A stretch of 64,000 bases of DNA, from assembly GCA_004022145.1 (NCBI GenBank), contig RCNU01000004.1; one strand, given 5' to 3'. The DNA comes from Paecilomyces variotii (taxonomy: Eukaryota). The notes beneath the pieces are model-generated. The model ran no database searches, had not been told where the DNA came from, and saw only the letters and a program-made list of their open reading frames with translations. Both the position numbers and the translations under genes were made by a program. Positions 45,373-56,731 of this stretch are shown here, piece by piece. How positions within the stretch are numbered: position 1 is the stretch's first letter; each line of letters starts with the position of its first letter.

Positions 45373-47125
45373 ATGTCAACGGCAACGCCACATTTTAAAG
45401 TCCTTATAGCTGGTGGTGGTGTTTCCGGGCTCACCTTGGCGCTTGCTCTTGAACGCGCTGGTATCGACTACGAGGTATTCGAGAAAGGTGACATCGATAC
45501 TGATCTCGGTGCATCGATCGCCATCCATGGACCTACTGTTCGAATCCTGGATCAGCTCGGTGTCTGGGCAGATATCGAGCCACTCGTGACTGATATGGAG
45601 AGGTGTTATCGAGTTGATGGTAAAACTGGACATGTGATTCTTGACTCTGATTTTCATCGAGTGCTACAGGATGAGTACGTATGACCTTATATTAGTTTCT
45701 ACTCTGGTACCGTTCCATTCTGTGTATTTTGGGCAGCAGATTCCAATGACTGCGAAGCTCAAAATTATCTCATTGCTTCATATATACTCTCAAAAATGCC
45801 TCTATGTTGTTCTAAAGAGCTATCTGACACAGATACAGGTTCCATTGGCCCATCGTATTCCTCGAACGGAGAATACTTCTCAAGGCCATCTACAATCGCA
45901 TCCAGAATCAGTCAAAAATCCATAGCCACGCAGCCGTGATTAAATACGACCAAGATGCCGACGGCGTTGTTGTAACCACCAGCGCGGGTGTATCCTGTCG
46001 GGGAGATATTCTCGTCGGAGCAGACGGTATACATAGTCACATCAGAACACTGATGTCTAAGCATACTAGAGAAACCAAGGAGCCTCTCAGCAGGGAAACC
46101 AATAATAGTACGGTATCTCCGAATAATGAACTCACCTTGTATCTCTCCAAGTCGCTGATCCAAACCAAACCAGCTTTCGTGACTGAGTTTCAAATCATCT
46201 TCGGTGTCTCCCATCACGAACCCACCGCATCTTGGTTGGCAGATGGACATACTGTCTATCTGACCCACGGCGACAATCACTCAGCAATCGTCATCAAGAC
46301 AAGACCAGATCGTGTATTCTGGTTCTTAATCAATAAGATCAAACGGACAGAATATGACTATGTCCACCGCCTTCACTATACCCAGGAGGATGCCCAAGCA
46401 CTCATTGATGAGCGCGGTGGACTCTTAATTGTGCCAGGACACCCTATCCGGGAGTTGTGGGACTCTCGAATTAAGGCGACTCTAGTCCCGATGGAAGATG
46501 GTATTGTCAAGAAATGGAACGATGGGAGAGTCCTCTTAATCGGTGATTCTGTACATAAGGCACGTCCTCTTCGTTATTCCTTCCATTGCAGAATCACAGT
46601 TCATGAGAACTTCAGCCCATTGCTAACTAGGAACTTTAACAGTTCACTGTAAATGCCGGTCTTGGAGGTAACATGGCCTTCGAAGCCGTTGCACATTTGA
46701 CAAACCGACTTGTTTCATTGCTGAAACAAAACCCTCGCCCAACATCACAAGATCTGACTTCGCTCTTCGAAGAATTCGAAAGCGCTCATCGACCGCGCAC
46801 AGAAATTGCCCGGAACATGTCGATCTACACCACACGCCTTGAAAGTCAAGCTAGTTGGTTCCTGAAGTTCTATGCTCGATACATCATGCCGCGGAATTCG
46901 GCCAAACAGCTCAGTCAACCAATATTGGAATGGGCCCTCGCTGCTCCGTGGTTGGAGTTCGTGCCGTTGCCAGATAGGGATGCTGATTTTCTGGCGAAGA
47001 AGGAAGAGCATGAGAAGGCTCAGAAAGATCGTGCGTACTCTGCAATTACGTGGTCTACTGTGGGTACCGGTCTGGTGTTAACTACCGCTGCGGTTATCTG
47101 GGGGTTGCGTCTAAGACGGGCTTGA
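45373..47125 (+). CDS. FAD-dependent monooxygenase (FAD_binding_3, group A flavoprotein hydroxylase/epoxidase-like) with C-terminal TM anchor, multi-exon
   Basis: VLIAGGGVSGL (GxGxxG), LVGADGIHS (DG motif), LIGDSVHK/FTVNAGLGGNMAFE (GD motif), C-terminal hydrophobic tail. Introns near 45677-45838, 46108-46173 and 46560-46641. Confidence 0.85.
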
Positions 47126-47665
47126 GTTTTTAGATGAGGTTTTTTCTAACAAATATCGAATCGATATGCCAATGTTTGACAGCTATTAAGTGATCGAAAA
47201 GACCAGTTAGATTGACACAGGACTGAAATCATGTAGGACTGGCTCTCTCGTGTCTTGCTATGTAGAACAATATCTCTTAGTCAATGACAGACAGGATCAT
47301 CCAGGAGATTGATCACAAGTAATCTATATGTTAGCTCATCTTCAAATACGGTACTCATCTATCGACGTAAACATCAAAACTGCCCACTGACTCATATATC
47401 CATGACGTAAGACTGCATTTCGTTCACTGTGTGATGCTAGCTATACATGTCGCACTCAGACTCTGCACATCCCTAATGAAAAAAAAAAACCCAGGTATCT
47501 GTGGCTTGAACCGGTCACAGCTGACGAGGGAGACAGGTTTAAAGATAGAAAATGTTGGAAAGAATGCCTCGCACAAGATAGGTATAGGAACTATGAATAG
47601 AGTTGCAAATCATAAAACATGAACCGACCCTCTAAACGCCTGTGGATGATCCTCTATGCCCTCAA

Positions 47666-48643
47666 TTATTTATTGTGAATCAAGAGGTTACGGAATGAGT
47701 CCCAATGATCAGAATCCGCATAACTGGTAATATTTGTCAGTAAAGTATAGCGGAAGGCAAAAAAGAAGAAGATAAATGGTACGTACATGTACTTCATACT
47801 GCTTCGCAAGCTCGAGGCCAATGTGTCGGGGTACCAGCGGAAGATATACATGACAAAGGCCCACGTAAAGCTTGCGAAAACTGGCCAGGCGTTATTTGTC
47901 ATCTTTTCTCGGGTATCTGGCGTGATCAGATGAGAGAGAGGGTGGACGTTAGGTTGGATGGCGATCTTAGCAAGAGCAAGCATCACTCGCGCAAACACGT
48001 AGATTACAATCTAAGAATATGTTATCAGTCATGGCAAGATCAAATATTTGGAGAAGGCATCCCATAGACGTGTGTATGCGCACCTGTTGGCTCACGCTGC
48101 CCGGGTTTCGGCCAAAGACGACATATCCTCCCAACAATCCGGCCATAAAGGTATCATATCGACCCTCTTTTCGGGACGCCGTAGGGCTCAACATCCTCAG
48201 AACTACCAGTGTTGCCTTATATACGATAGCAAAGGTCGCTAGGTTGCGAGCATGTAGCCGAGTGGCTTTCAGGACGAGCTTAGTCTTTTCTCGGATTCTA
48301 AATGCAGTATTCAATTAACAACTGACCGACTGCAGAATGCAGAATGCACAGGATATACTTACGTCCCCGATCTGAATAGGAATATCATCCTAAACACAGA
48401 GTATCAGAATTATCAATATTCTGACTGCAGCCATCACATTCTCTTCCAAGGTTCCTTACACCAGTGCGTGCGGAAACCGCACTTTAGCACCGTACACCGC
48501 GCCATTTCGAGCGCCTTTGATGATAGCCAAAAAGGGAGCGAGGTCCGGATCGAGGACAATGGAATTTAATCGTTCCTATAGTAGATGTCAGAGTCTGAAG
48601 CTTGTGTTAACACGTCGGGCATCGCTACCATGATGGCATCCAT
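47666..48643 (-). CDS. PXMP4: Peroxisomal membrane protein 4 (PXMP4/PMP24; Tim17-like family), multi-exon
   Basis: KGARNGAVYGAKVRFPHALV/MIFLFRSGT/IREKTKLVLKATRLHARNLATFA...AGLLGGYVVFG...WPVFASFTWAFVMYIF...LRSSMKYI/YADSDHWDSFRNLLIHNK. Confidence 0.92.
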
Positions 48644-49059
48644 GGCGCCGTTCTGCGGCCGCAACCTGGCCGAGATGCTAGTCAGCGGTAAAAGGGATCT
48701 CAGCCAGGCGCTGCGCGTGCATAGATAAACTATAGGTTAAATAGGTCTACACCAGCTGTGCCGTCATGAACAGTAACTGGCTCTGAAAGATCATTGAGGG
48801 ATGATGATGACCCCAAAAATGCGGGCAGCCCATCCAAGTCCGACCGGGAGACTCCTCGGCATGTGAAGCAGTGCCGCGGTTGCTTCCAGAGCGACGTCAG
48901 TGATGGTCACGTGAGTAACTGCCGATCGGCATCCGTGTATCAGAAGTTGTATCTAGTCTGGGCTGTAGGCCACGATGTATTTTCTGGATTCGGATTAAGA
49001 ATTAAATAAGTTCGCACTTCATCTATCCATTCTTTGTCTTTGCATGTATCGTATCAATC

Positions 49060-49811
49060 ATGGTTCTCCCGGAAACAACAAGACAACAGATCACTGCGGC
49101 TCTTTTTCGTCAAGAACCTTACCCGTACATCTGTCTCACCTACAATGTCTCTGACAGACAACTCCGGAGGATAGCACATTGTCTTCGAACATGGGGGACG
49201 ACGGTACCGCCACGAAAAGAGCATACAAAGCCAATGGGACGGCCTCCAGTTGTGCCGAAAGAGGTCCAAGAAGTATGCCGCGGGGAGGTACAGTTAAATC
49301 GTTTCAGATTAGATAATTGATTCCTATCCAGGAACTCCGAGATTATGTCGAGAAACACCCAATAGCTGGACTCAAAGAGATCCAGTCTTATCTGCAAAGT
49401 GAATGCAATACCAAGTTCGGCCTTTCAACGATATCGCGGCGGCTGAAAGATATGGGGTATGCCCTCAGCATCGTGTCTCGAGGAGCAACGTCGGTGGAAA
49501 AGGACAATATTCCCAACCTTAGCCAAGAGGACAGGGAACGCTTGTTACTGGATCCCGTTGCAACGGAAGCGATGGCTGGTCGCGGTACGGTCTATGCGTG
49601 GTTAAGAGGCACCAAGCCAGTTCCACGTCGGCAAGGCGTCCGACCAAAGAGGAAGAGAGCTTCCGATGATCCTCAAGGACACGAAGTAGAGGATGATAGA
49701 GAGCATTGTAGTGAATTTTCTGATGTGGACTCGCCAGAACACGATGCTAATGGCCCGGGTGCAAATATACGGGCCTCAGAGCCTTCAACCACCCATGGCA
49801 CCTTAGAGTGA
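49060..49811 (+). CDS. Tc1/IS630-transposase-like bipartite HTH protein without a DDE domain; exons 49060-49272, 49332-49811
   Basis: HTH1 (ICLTYNVSDRQLRRIAHCLRTWG), GRPP linker, HTH2 (YVEKHPIAGLKEIQSYLQSECNTKFGLSTISRRLKDMGY), basic NLS-like RPKRKR and acidic tail. 59-nt GT..AG intron in phase 0. Confidence 0.7.
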
Positions 49812-50107
49812 TGTTTAATATTCTTTACATTATTGCTTCGAGTTAATTTCATCGCCAAATGGCAGCAACCATTACATTTTCGGCGATCGATATCTCTTCT
49901 CCCTGTGCAAAGAAAGGATACGGAAAAGTGATCCAGGATGTTTGTTGGAAATAAGCTGGAAAGCATGCTTTTATAATTCGGGAAAGGTCGATATGCATCA
50001 TCTGGACAGGTACCCTAGTATGACAAACAGTGAAACTATTTTTCCGCGTGGCCCAAACCAACCATAACGCCGTGCTAAGAAACAGAATCGAGTCCCATAT
50101 GTGGGCT

Positions 50108-51158
50108 CTAGCCTGTTCTCGCTCTCTTTCTTCCCTCGTCATCTGAGACCTCGTCCACATCCATCATATCAGCGTCGCCTTCGTCGTCAGAATCGATTCC
50201 AGCGCGTCTCTTGAGACCCTTCATCTTCCTCGTCTGCAGACCACCAAGATCCTGCTTGCCCAGGTGCACTCTGCCGACTTTGTCACCGATGGAATCCATG
50301 CTGATGTTCTTCTTTGTTCTTTCCTCGTTCGGCTTCCTGCCTTGCTTCATCGCCGCTTTCATGGCATCTGGCTCCGCTTCACGGATACGGCCGATCTTGA
50401 AATCGAACTTGGGACCTATCTCATCCAGCTCAACACGGGGCAATTTCTGACCACTCTTCTTTGTGCGAATCTTATACCACCGCAGGTGGATCACGGGCGC
50501 AGTACCCTCAACAGGTTCCTCAGCGCCAACCATCAAGATGTACTGCAAACCCTCCACATCGATCTTGTCCGTTTCCTCTCCTCTGAAAATATCCAGCAGC
50601 ATGCTCTTCACCATCGCGTAGTTGGCGGCAGTCGAATCCTCCCAGGCGCTACCAGCGAACAGCATCATGGGCTTCAGTCCGACACCGATGTTCATCTTCA
50701 AGGCATTTGGAGGCGGGACAGCGCCCTCATCTTGCGGCGGCAGCAGCATCAGTTCACACATATCCAAAATTTTCGCATTGAATATTCTCGCAATCGTCAC
50801 ACAGTTGGGACGCTTCTTGCTACTGCTCCCAAAGACCACGACACCACACTCGTTCTTGTTGGCAAGGAATTCGAGGCTCTCCACATTCTCAAATGGGTGG
50901 ATATTCTCATTCTTCTTATGAAACAGGATCGAATTAGGCTGGGTAAGTCCATGGATAGTCTTCAGAACAGTGTGTAGAGGAGTAGGACATTTCGTGCCAT
51001 GTAGCAAAAGAGTGCGCTTCGCGGGCTCGATGAGCTGCGGTTCTCGGGCCTTGAGAATGCGTGCCGCACGGGCGGTCTTGGGCTTTCTGCAGAAAAAGTC
51101 AGTCTGGGCACCCTAGATGATAAATTCAGCCTGATACGTACACTTCTCTCAACATCAT
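50108..51158 (-). CDS. RPF2: Ribosome biogenesis protein Rpf2 (Brix domain), two exons
   Basis: MLREV/KPKTARAARILKAREPQLIE..., KKNENIHPFE, SSSKKRPN, KLPRVELDEIGPKFDF, GDKVGRVHLGKQDL..LQTRKMKGLK. Confidence 0.95.
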
Positions 51159-51262
51159 AGTGCCCTTTTCTTCTGCTGAAGGAGTGAGGTGAAGATGGCT
51201 AGTTCGCTGTGCGGAAAGAAAAGTTTTGGGGATGGAAGTCTTGGCGCTCTTGACCAAAGTTC

Positions 51263-51274
51263 CTTATCGATAAG
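51263..51274. promoter_or_regulatory. Perfect 12-bp palindrome CTTATCGATAAG (overlapping GATA sites) ~105 bp upstream of the RPF2 ATG
   Basis: The palindrome is seen directly, with a further GATAAG 12 bp away. A regulatory role is inferred from position only. Confidence 0.4.
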
Positions 51275-53530
51275 CTTATTCTGGATAAGTGCCAAGAACA
51301 TATCCAAAGTCTATCCAAGGCTTTCAAGAAGACACTTCTGTTGCAAAATCAACCAGTCTTTGAGGGAAGGACTCTACGGACCAGATAAAATGGTCGTGGT
51401 ATAGCATAAGTTTGTTCATATCCAAATTATGCGCCACTCAAGCTCGCAATATCCGTCCAGAAATCTATTCACTCATTGTATATTTTATCTCGCTCTTGAA
51501 AGGACAGGACTCAAAATTCCTTTCTATTCTCTTACCATGAAGAAACAAATACGAGCCCTCGAACTGATCGACTTCCGTCCATATGTAGAAAATTATAAAG
51601 CTATGGCTACTGAAATACTCACGCAGTAACTCGTCATTACTCACATAGAGCTTGGCACGAGCGTCCTTGACTGCCCCTGGGAAGAGATGGCGTTTTCGTT
51701 TCAGGCATTGTACGTGCTAAATCCTATGGTATGTTCATCTATTAGAAATCTAAAAACGGACATGTAGTTTAACTAAATCATACTTCCCGTGGACCAAGGA
51801 CTGAAGAGCTACCTAAGAGATTTCGCAGGATATCTCTGCTGCGAGCTCGTCAGAAACAATAATGACTACAGCGGAAACTCTCGAGTAGCCATGTTTCATC
51901 ATCCCATTGTACTCGATAATGCATGTCATCGATTATACGCAAAGGGCCCAATCGTCGCAAGAGGTCTTCAGACAATTCACCATCCTTAATAACCAGAACC
52001 GTCCTATAATAGCTCACGCTTCAAAGGTAAGATAGCCTAAGAAACAAAAAAAACGGTTTCTTTTTCTTTCCTGGGGATAATAATCCTTACCTCTATAACT
52101 CTACTTCGGCCCCATCCTCAAAGTATTGGTCATCACCATCTGCTGTAAACACTTAACACTAAAACAGGGTCAACAGGTACGCGGCCCCTCGAGTGAATTT
52201 CTGTACAGATCTAGAACCTGGCCAAACAGAAGTCAGATCTGAGGATTTGGCCCTATCGAGTTTCATCTAGAGACCGCTCGTATGGTAATGCCATTTCCAG
52301 TCCATCGTCGGCACTAGCATCTACTTAGATATGTCCTGCGCACCGACGATGTTTTAGCAGCACTAATGCTACTCCATGTAGGTGGGATTAGCAGCCTGTG
52401 TTATAGAATTTGAAATTCTATTTTAAAATAGCTTACTATGGATAGCTTCAACGCGAATGTAAGCTTTATTCCTAAAAGTTGGTACATTCTTAATTGGTGG
52501 TACATAATGTCAAGATAATCCCTTCGTTCACCGAGAGATTCAGCAGCTTATCCGATGCGGTAAGACCATGAGTTTCGGCAAAATGTTTCATTTGTTTCAA
52601 ATTAAGCCTCGAATAGCGATATGGGCATATACAAGTCACGTGAAATCAACTGTTTACCCCTGGTTTCACCATTAGATATCGCAAACTTTCCTCATGAAAG
52701 TAAACAGCTTCAGATTCTCTTGCCTGCAGATTGTCATTGTTTTTTTATTTCTATAGTGTATAAATCACTGGTCTTTGAGTATAGTCAATTGAATGCGATA
52801 TTGACTTTCCTTGCTCTGGCCACGTACCAATACCTGAGTTGTCAACGGAGCATGTAACTAAGTAATAAGCCAAGAGCAACGAGACGCTACTGATGAGTCC
52901 TGAGACGACTACTGTCTGATTTCACGGCCAAAGGGGCATGAGCAAGTGCTCCATCATGCGGCACCAGTACAGATCGAGCAATAATAACGGTCTTAGAACT
53001 CTGCTAATGCCAGATCCGAGTCCGCATCAAGGCAATCCTGCCGTAAGCTGTACACTAATATTCACCATGTTAAACAAACTTGGAACCTCTAGGACTAGGG
53101 TTTGCGCAACAGATGCCAAACCATGGATCAACATATACAGGAACAAGTAGTTAATTAGTTGCTGCAAGTAATAATAACTAATCGAAATCTGCGCACCAGC
53201 TTCCAGACTCCGTGCCTGATTGCTGAGCCCCGTGCAAGTCTCGTCTCTCTCTCTCTTTCGCTTCTTTTCAATTCTTTTTTGCGCAGGTCCGCCTAAAGCT
53301 TGCTAAGCGGGTACCTTTTCATTCCTTTTCTTTCTGTTTTCCAGGTGATCTTCAGGCCAAGAATAATAATAAGACAGTCTACACTCGTTTACTTTGCCCC
53401 TGGAGGGCCTCGCCTTTGAATCGCTGTGTTGTCTATCTCAATCTTCGGAAGCCCTCGACGCCTGGTTGCGGGTTCCTCATCAAGGTCTCGGACAGTAATA
53501 CAAACAGAGCACAGAGGATCATCCGTTACG

Positions 53531-55068
53531 ATGAGGAAAGGACAACATAATGGGATGGGGCCCAATCCCTCGTTCACATGGCACGTTGGAGTGCTTCTGC
53601 TGCTTGCGATATCCAAGGTCAGTACCCTCCAAGTAGTAGTATAACCCATACTGAATTCTCCGCAGAATACGGTCAACGCACAATGGAACGCCACTATGTC
53701 AAACGCAGGACAGCAGCTGTATGATGGCCCAGTACTGTGTCCCGTTGAGATTGAATATAGCTAATTGGCATCAAAGTGCTGCTGGAACGTTGGGATCTGT
53801 TGGACCTCTACCCGGAGCACCCACGCCGACACAATCATTATTGGTTGGGGTACGATTTGTTGATTGATTTCTTATATTAAGGACATGGCTAATTATCGAC
53901 TATAGACCGGAAACCTGAAGTCCAGTCCAGCGGTGGCAATAATCCCCCAAGCGCAAGGTAAGACGATATTCATAACTCGGAGTACCTGCAGTGGCTAACA
54001 ATAATGAAGCTGCAGCGGACACCCTTGGATCTGTTGGGCTTTTGCCCGGAGCACCTACGCCGACACAATCATTGTTGGTTGGGGTAAGATATGTTGATTT
54101 CTAAAATTTGTGCTGCTACTGATTCTTACCAACAATCATAGACCGGAAACCTGAAGTCTAGTCAGGCGGTGGCCGCATCATCATCAGTCGCCGTAGTTGC
54201 AACATCATCGTCGGTAGCCGCAGTCGCAGCATCATCATCAGTTGCCGCAGCTGCAGCATCATCGTCAGTGGCCGCAATTGCAATATCATCGTCAGTGGCC
54301 GCAATTGCAACATCATCCTCGGTGGCCGCAGCTGCAGCATCATCGTCAGTGGCCGCAGTGGAAACATCATCGTCCTCGGTAGTCGCAGTCGCAGCATCGT
54401 CCTCGGTGGCCGCAGTCGCAGCATCGTCCTCGGTAGCCGCAATTGCAGCATCATCGTCGGTGGCCGGAGTCAGTACACCCGCCATGTCTTCCGCAGCAGT
54501 TGCGGCATCGTCATCGGCTGTTGCAGTACCTGCTGCCACACCTGCAGGTAGTGCCGGGTCCGATTCGGGAGCTTGCGACTGTACCTGTCTTTGCCCGGCT
54601 AGCGCTTTCAGCATATACCCATCCAGTTCAGCTGCCGCCCTAGCGTCAACATTCGCAACCATAATGACACCCGCATCGAGTGCTGTTGTAGCAGGCTCTA
54701 CATCAGCAGTTATGTCTTCTAGTGTCGCTGTCCCTTCCTCGAGTAGTGTTGCGGCCCAGACAGAAAGCAGTACAGCAGTACAGGCCTCTAGCTCTGCAGC
54801 GGTACAGCAATCTACCTCTGCCGCAACGTCTTCGTCGTTCGTAGCAGAGACCACTGCAGCAGCAGCAACAACAACAGCAGCAGCCGCAAGTACAACTTTC
54901 ACAACTGCGACATCAACAACATCAACGACCAGTGCCACAGCAGAGGCAGGGGGTGCTGCTGCAGCGACTGCAGATCCATTCGATATCAACACGGTTGCAC
55001 TCCATAGCGCATTAACAATCGCGTTGTTTGGACGAGGGGAGGAAGCAGTGGCTACGGCGAGCCTGTGA
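53531..55068 (+). CDS. Secreted Ser/Ala/Val/Thr-rich (mucin-like) protein with a CDCTCLCP motif; six exons, last exon 54142-55068
   Basis: Signal peptide MGPNPSFTWHVGVLLLLAISK/NTVNA. Five GT..AG introns give one continuous frame through two copies of TLGSVGxLPGAPTPTQSLLVG/TGNLKSS into the 54169-55068 ORF. Confidence 0.8.
53778..54175 (+). repeat. Tandem duplication (period ~235 bp) of an exon-intron-exon unit
   Basis: ggatctgttgg at 53793 and 54027; acgccgacacaatcatt(a/g)ttggttggggta in both copies; tagaccggaaacctgaagtc at ~53903 and ~54139. Confidence 0.9.
54169..54470 (+). repeat. Coding minisatellite, ~11 copies of a 27-nt unit encoding (A/I/V)A(A/T/I)SSSVAA
   Basis: Repeated gcagcatc(a/g)tc(g/c/a)tc(a/g)gt(g/a/t)gccgca; protein SSSVAAxAx. 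Confidence 0.9.
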
Positions 55069-55315
55069 GGAGAATAATATTCAGAGAATCGGAGTTGTCA
55101 TCTCTGGAAGAGGCGGCTGCTAAATATTTTCGTATTTCATGTAATGGTTATCTCTTTTGTCTGTGTCTTCAGCAACCCTTAATCGCGAGATTAGAAATTC
55201 CGGTGACATCATGCTTAGATGCTAGCAGCACTGGTTTCTGTCCCTCGGATTCGTGACTGTAAACTGTAGTAGTGTTATGGCGTACCTTTAAGTCCGCCTG
55301 TATAGCCCGCTTGTA

Positions 55316-56284
55316 TCAAGGAGCATCTGGACCGTGTGCCTCTAGACGTGCCTTCTTAGCTCTCCGTTTCATCTCACGCTTGGACAGAGGCTTCTCGGAC
55401 TCCTCTGCTGGCGGTTCTGAACTGAGAGATGCCTTTCTCTTTAAGCTATCGGCGGCATCTGAGACTGCAGGGGCACTCTTCTTTGTCTTCGCAGGCTCAA
55501 TCTTGGGCTTCTCCCCTCCGTGGACCACATCCACTATACCCCGCCAACTACTTCTCTTCAATCTTGCCAGCGCAGTCACTTTTCTTGCTTCTTCGCAGAT
55601 TGCCTCTTTCCCGCGCTCTTGTGACAGACCCCAGACACAGGCAAGATTGATCACATCCCAGGGAGCACGCACACCTAGTGCCCTCTTGGCCTCACTCGAT
55701 ATGATGATGCCCCTTCCTCGCGTGGCACGAATTAGAGCCATAGCATTCCCAATGAGATTCCGTCGTGCTTCCAAGCCGCTTCCAGTCACACCAGGGCCAT
55801 AGCAGATCTCGAAACGAACCCCACGCGAGATGGCCGACGCCAGTGTCTTGAATTTGAAATGGAACGGAAGACGTTCTGAGAAGTCGAGTGAGATCAGATC
55901 ACAATCCAGGTTGTTGCATGCATTGAGAAGTGACTTTTCGTTCGTAGGTCGTACGGCAACCAGTGAATATGTCTCAGCCAGGGCCGTCAGACGTTGATTC
56001 TGCGAAGGATCTGCGAGCGGGATATTCACGCGGGACAGCAGCGTGAGAGACTTGGGAGCATTTGCTGGAGGAGAAGGCGGGGCAGCATTGGGGGGTATCT
56101 TCCCGGTGATCGTTTGAGACAAGGCGACAGTAGTGTAGCCCACTGGAACCCGGTCAGTTTCTCATGTCACGCGCAGAAATACAGAGAAAAAAAAAGGAAT
56201 TGACGTACATTCTGCAAGAAACTCCAGCGTGTGGAGGATCTCAGGGTCATCAGGGGAATACGGCACATTCAGATCATAAAACAT
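55316..56284 (-). CDS. RPP1: RNase P/MRP subunit p30, two exons
   Basis: MFYDLNVPYS...LEFLAE/xGYTTVALSQTI..., YSLVAVRPTNEKSL, DLISLDFSERLPF, RGVRFEICYGP, GRGIIISSEA...RAPWDVINLACVWGL. Confidence 0.93.
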
Positions 56285-56731
56285 TTTGGCAGCTTAAAAC
56301 CGTCCAGCCCGCCCTATGCCCTTCAGGGTTCTTGTCGATGGTGTAAAGTGAAGCTATTCTGCTGCTGTCCAGGAAAGGAAACTGAAAAGCGGCGGATAAA
56401 CAGCTTTTCCGCCACCGCTTTAATCCCGCTAGCCGCATCGGGGGGCTCCCCACATGATCACCCCGTGACTTGGATGAACGAGTCTCTTACGCTGGTTCAA
56501 CACCACCACCAGTGCGCGATCAGTTAACTGTTTCTGCAGTCACTTCGGGAAAAGTATCGCTGCTGATCGGTGGGCTCTTTGTCACCTACCTCTCGGCACG
56601 CATACCTCTGCCCATCTTACAATTCTCATTCCTATCTCATCGCCCTCCTACCTCACCGATTTTGCCCCGCCACAACGGGTTTCGAGGTCCGATTGTGGGC
56701 GAGTGGCATCAGCCTTTAAGCCGCCAGCAAC

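Noticed and set aside
51380-52000. Short plus-strand ORFs with a GTATGT donor near 51729, possibly a small or degenerate gene
   Set aside because: I could not assemble a consistent spliced frame or recognise a domain. Left unannotated.
53778-54470. Repeats considered as a CRISPR-like array
   Set aside because: No unique spacers of constant length; the repeats are coding, in a eukaryotic gene, with no cas genes.
54162-54992. 276-aa minus-strand ORF with acidic ATDDDAA repeats (and 54158-54454 with MMLQLR repeats)
   Set aside because: Antisense shadow of the Ser/Ala repeat exon. The plus strand has the signal peptide, coherent splice sites and the Cys motif.
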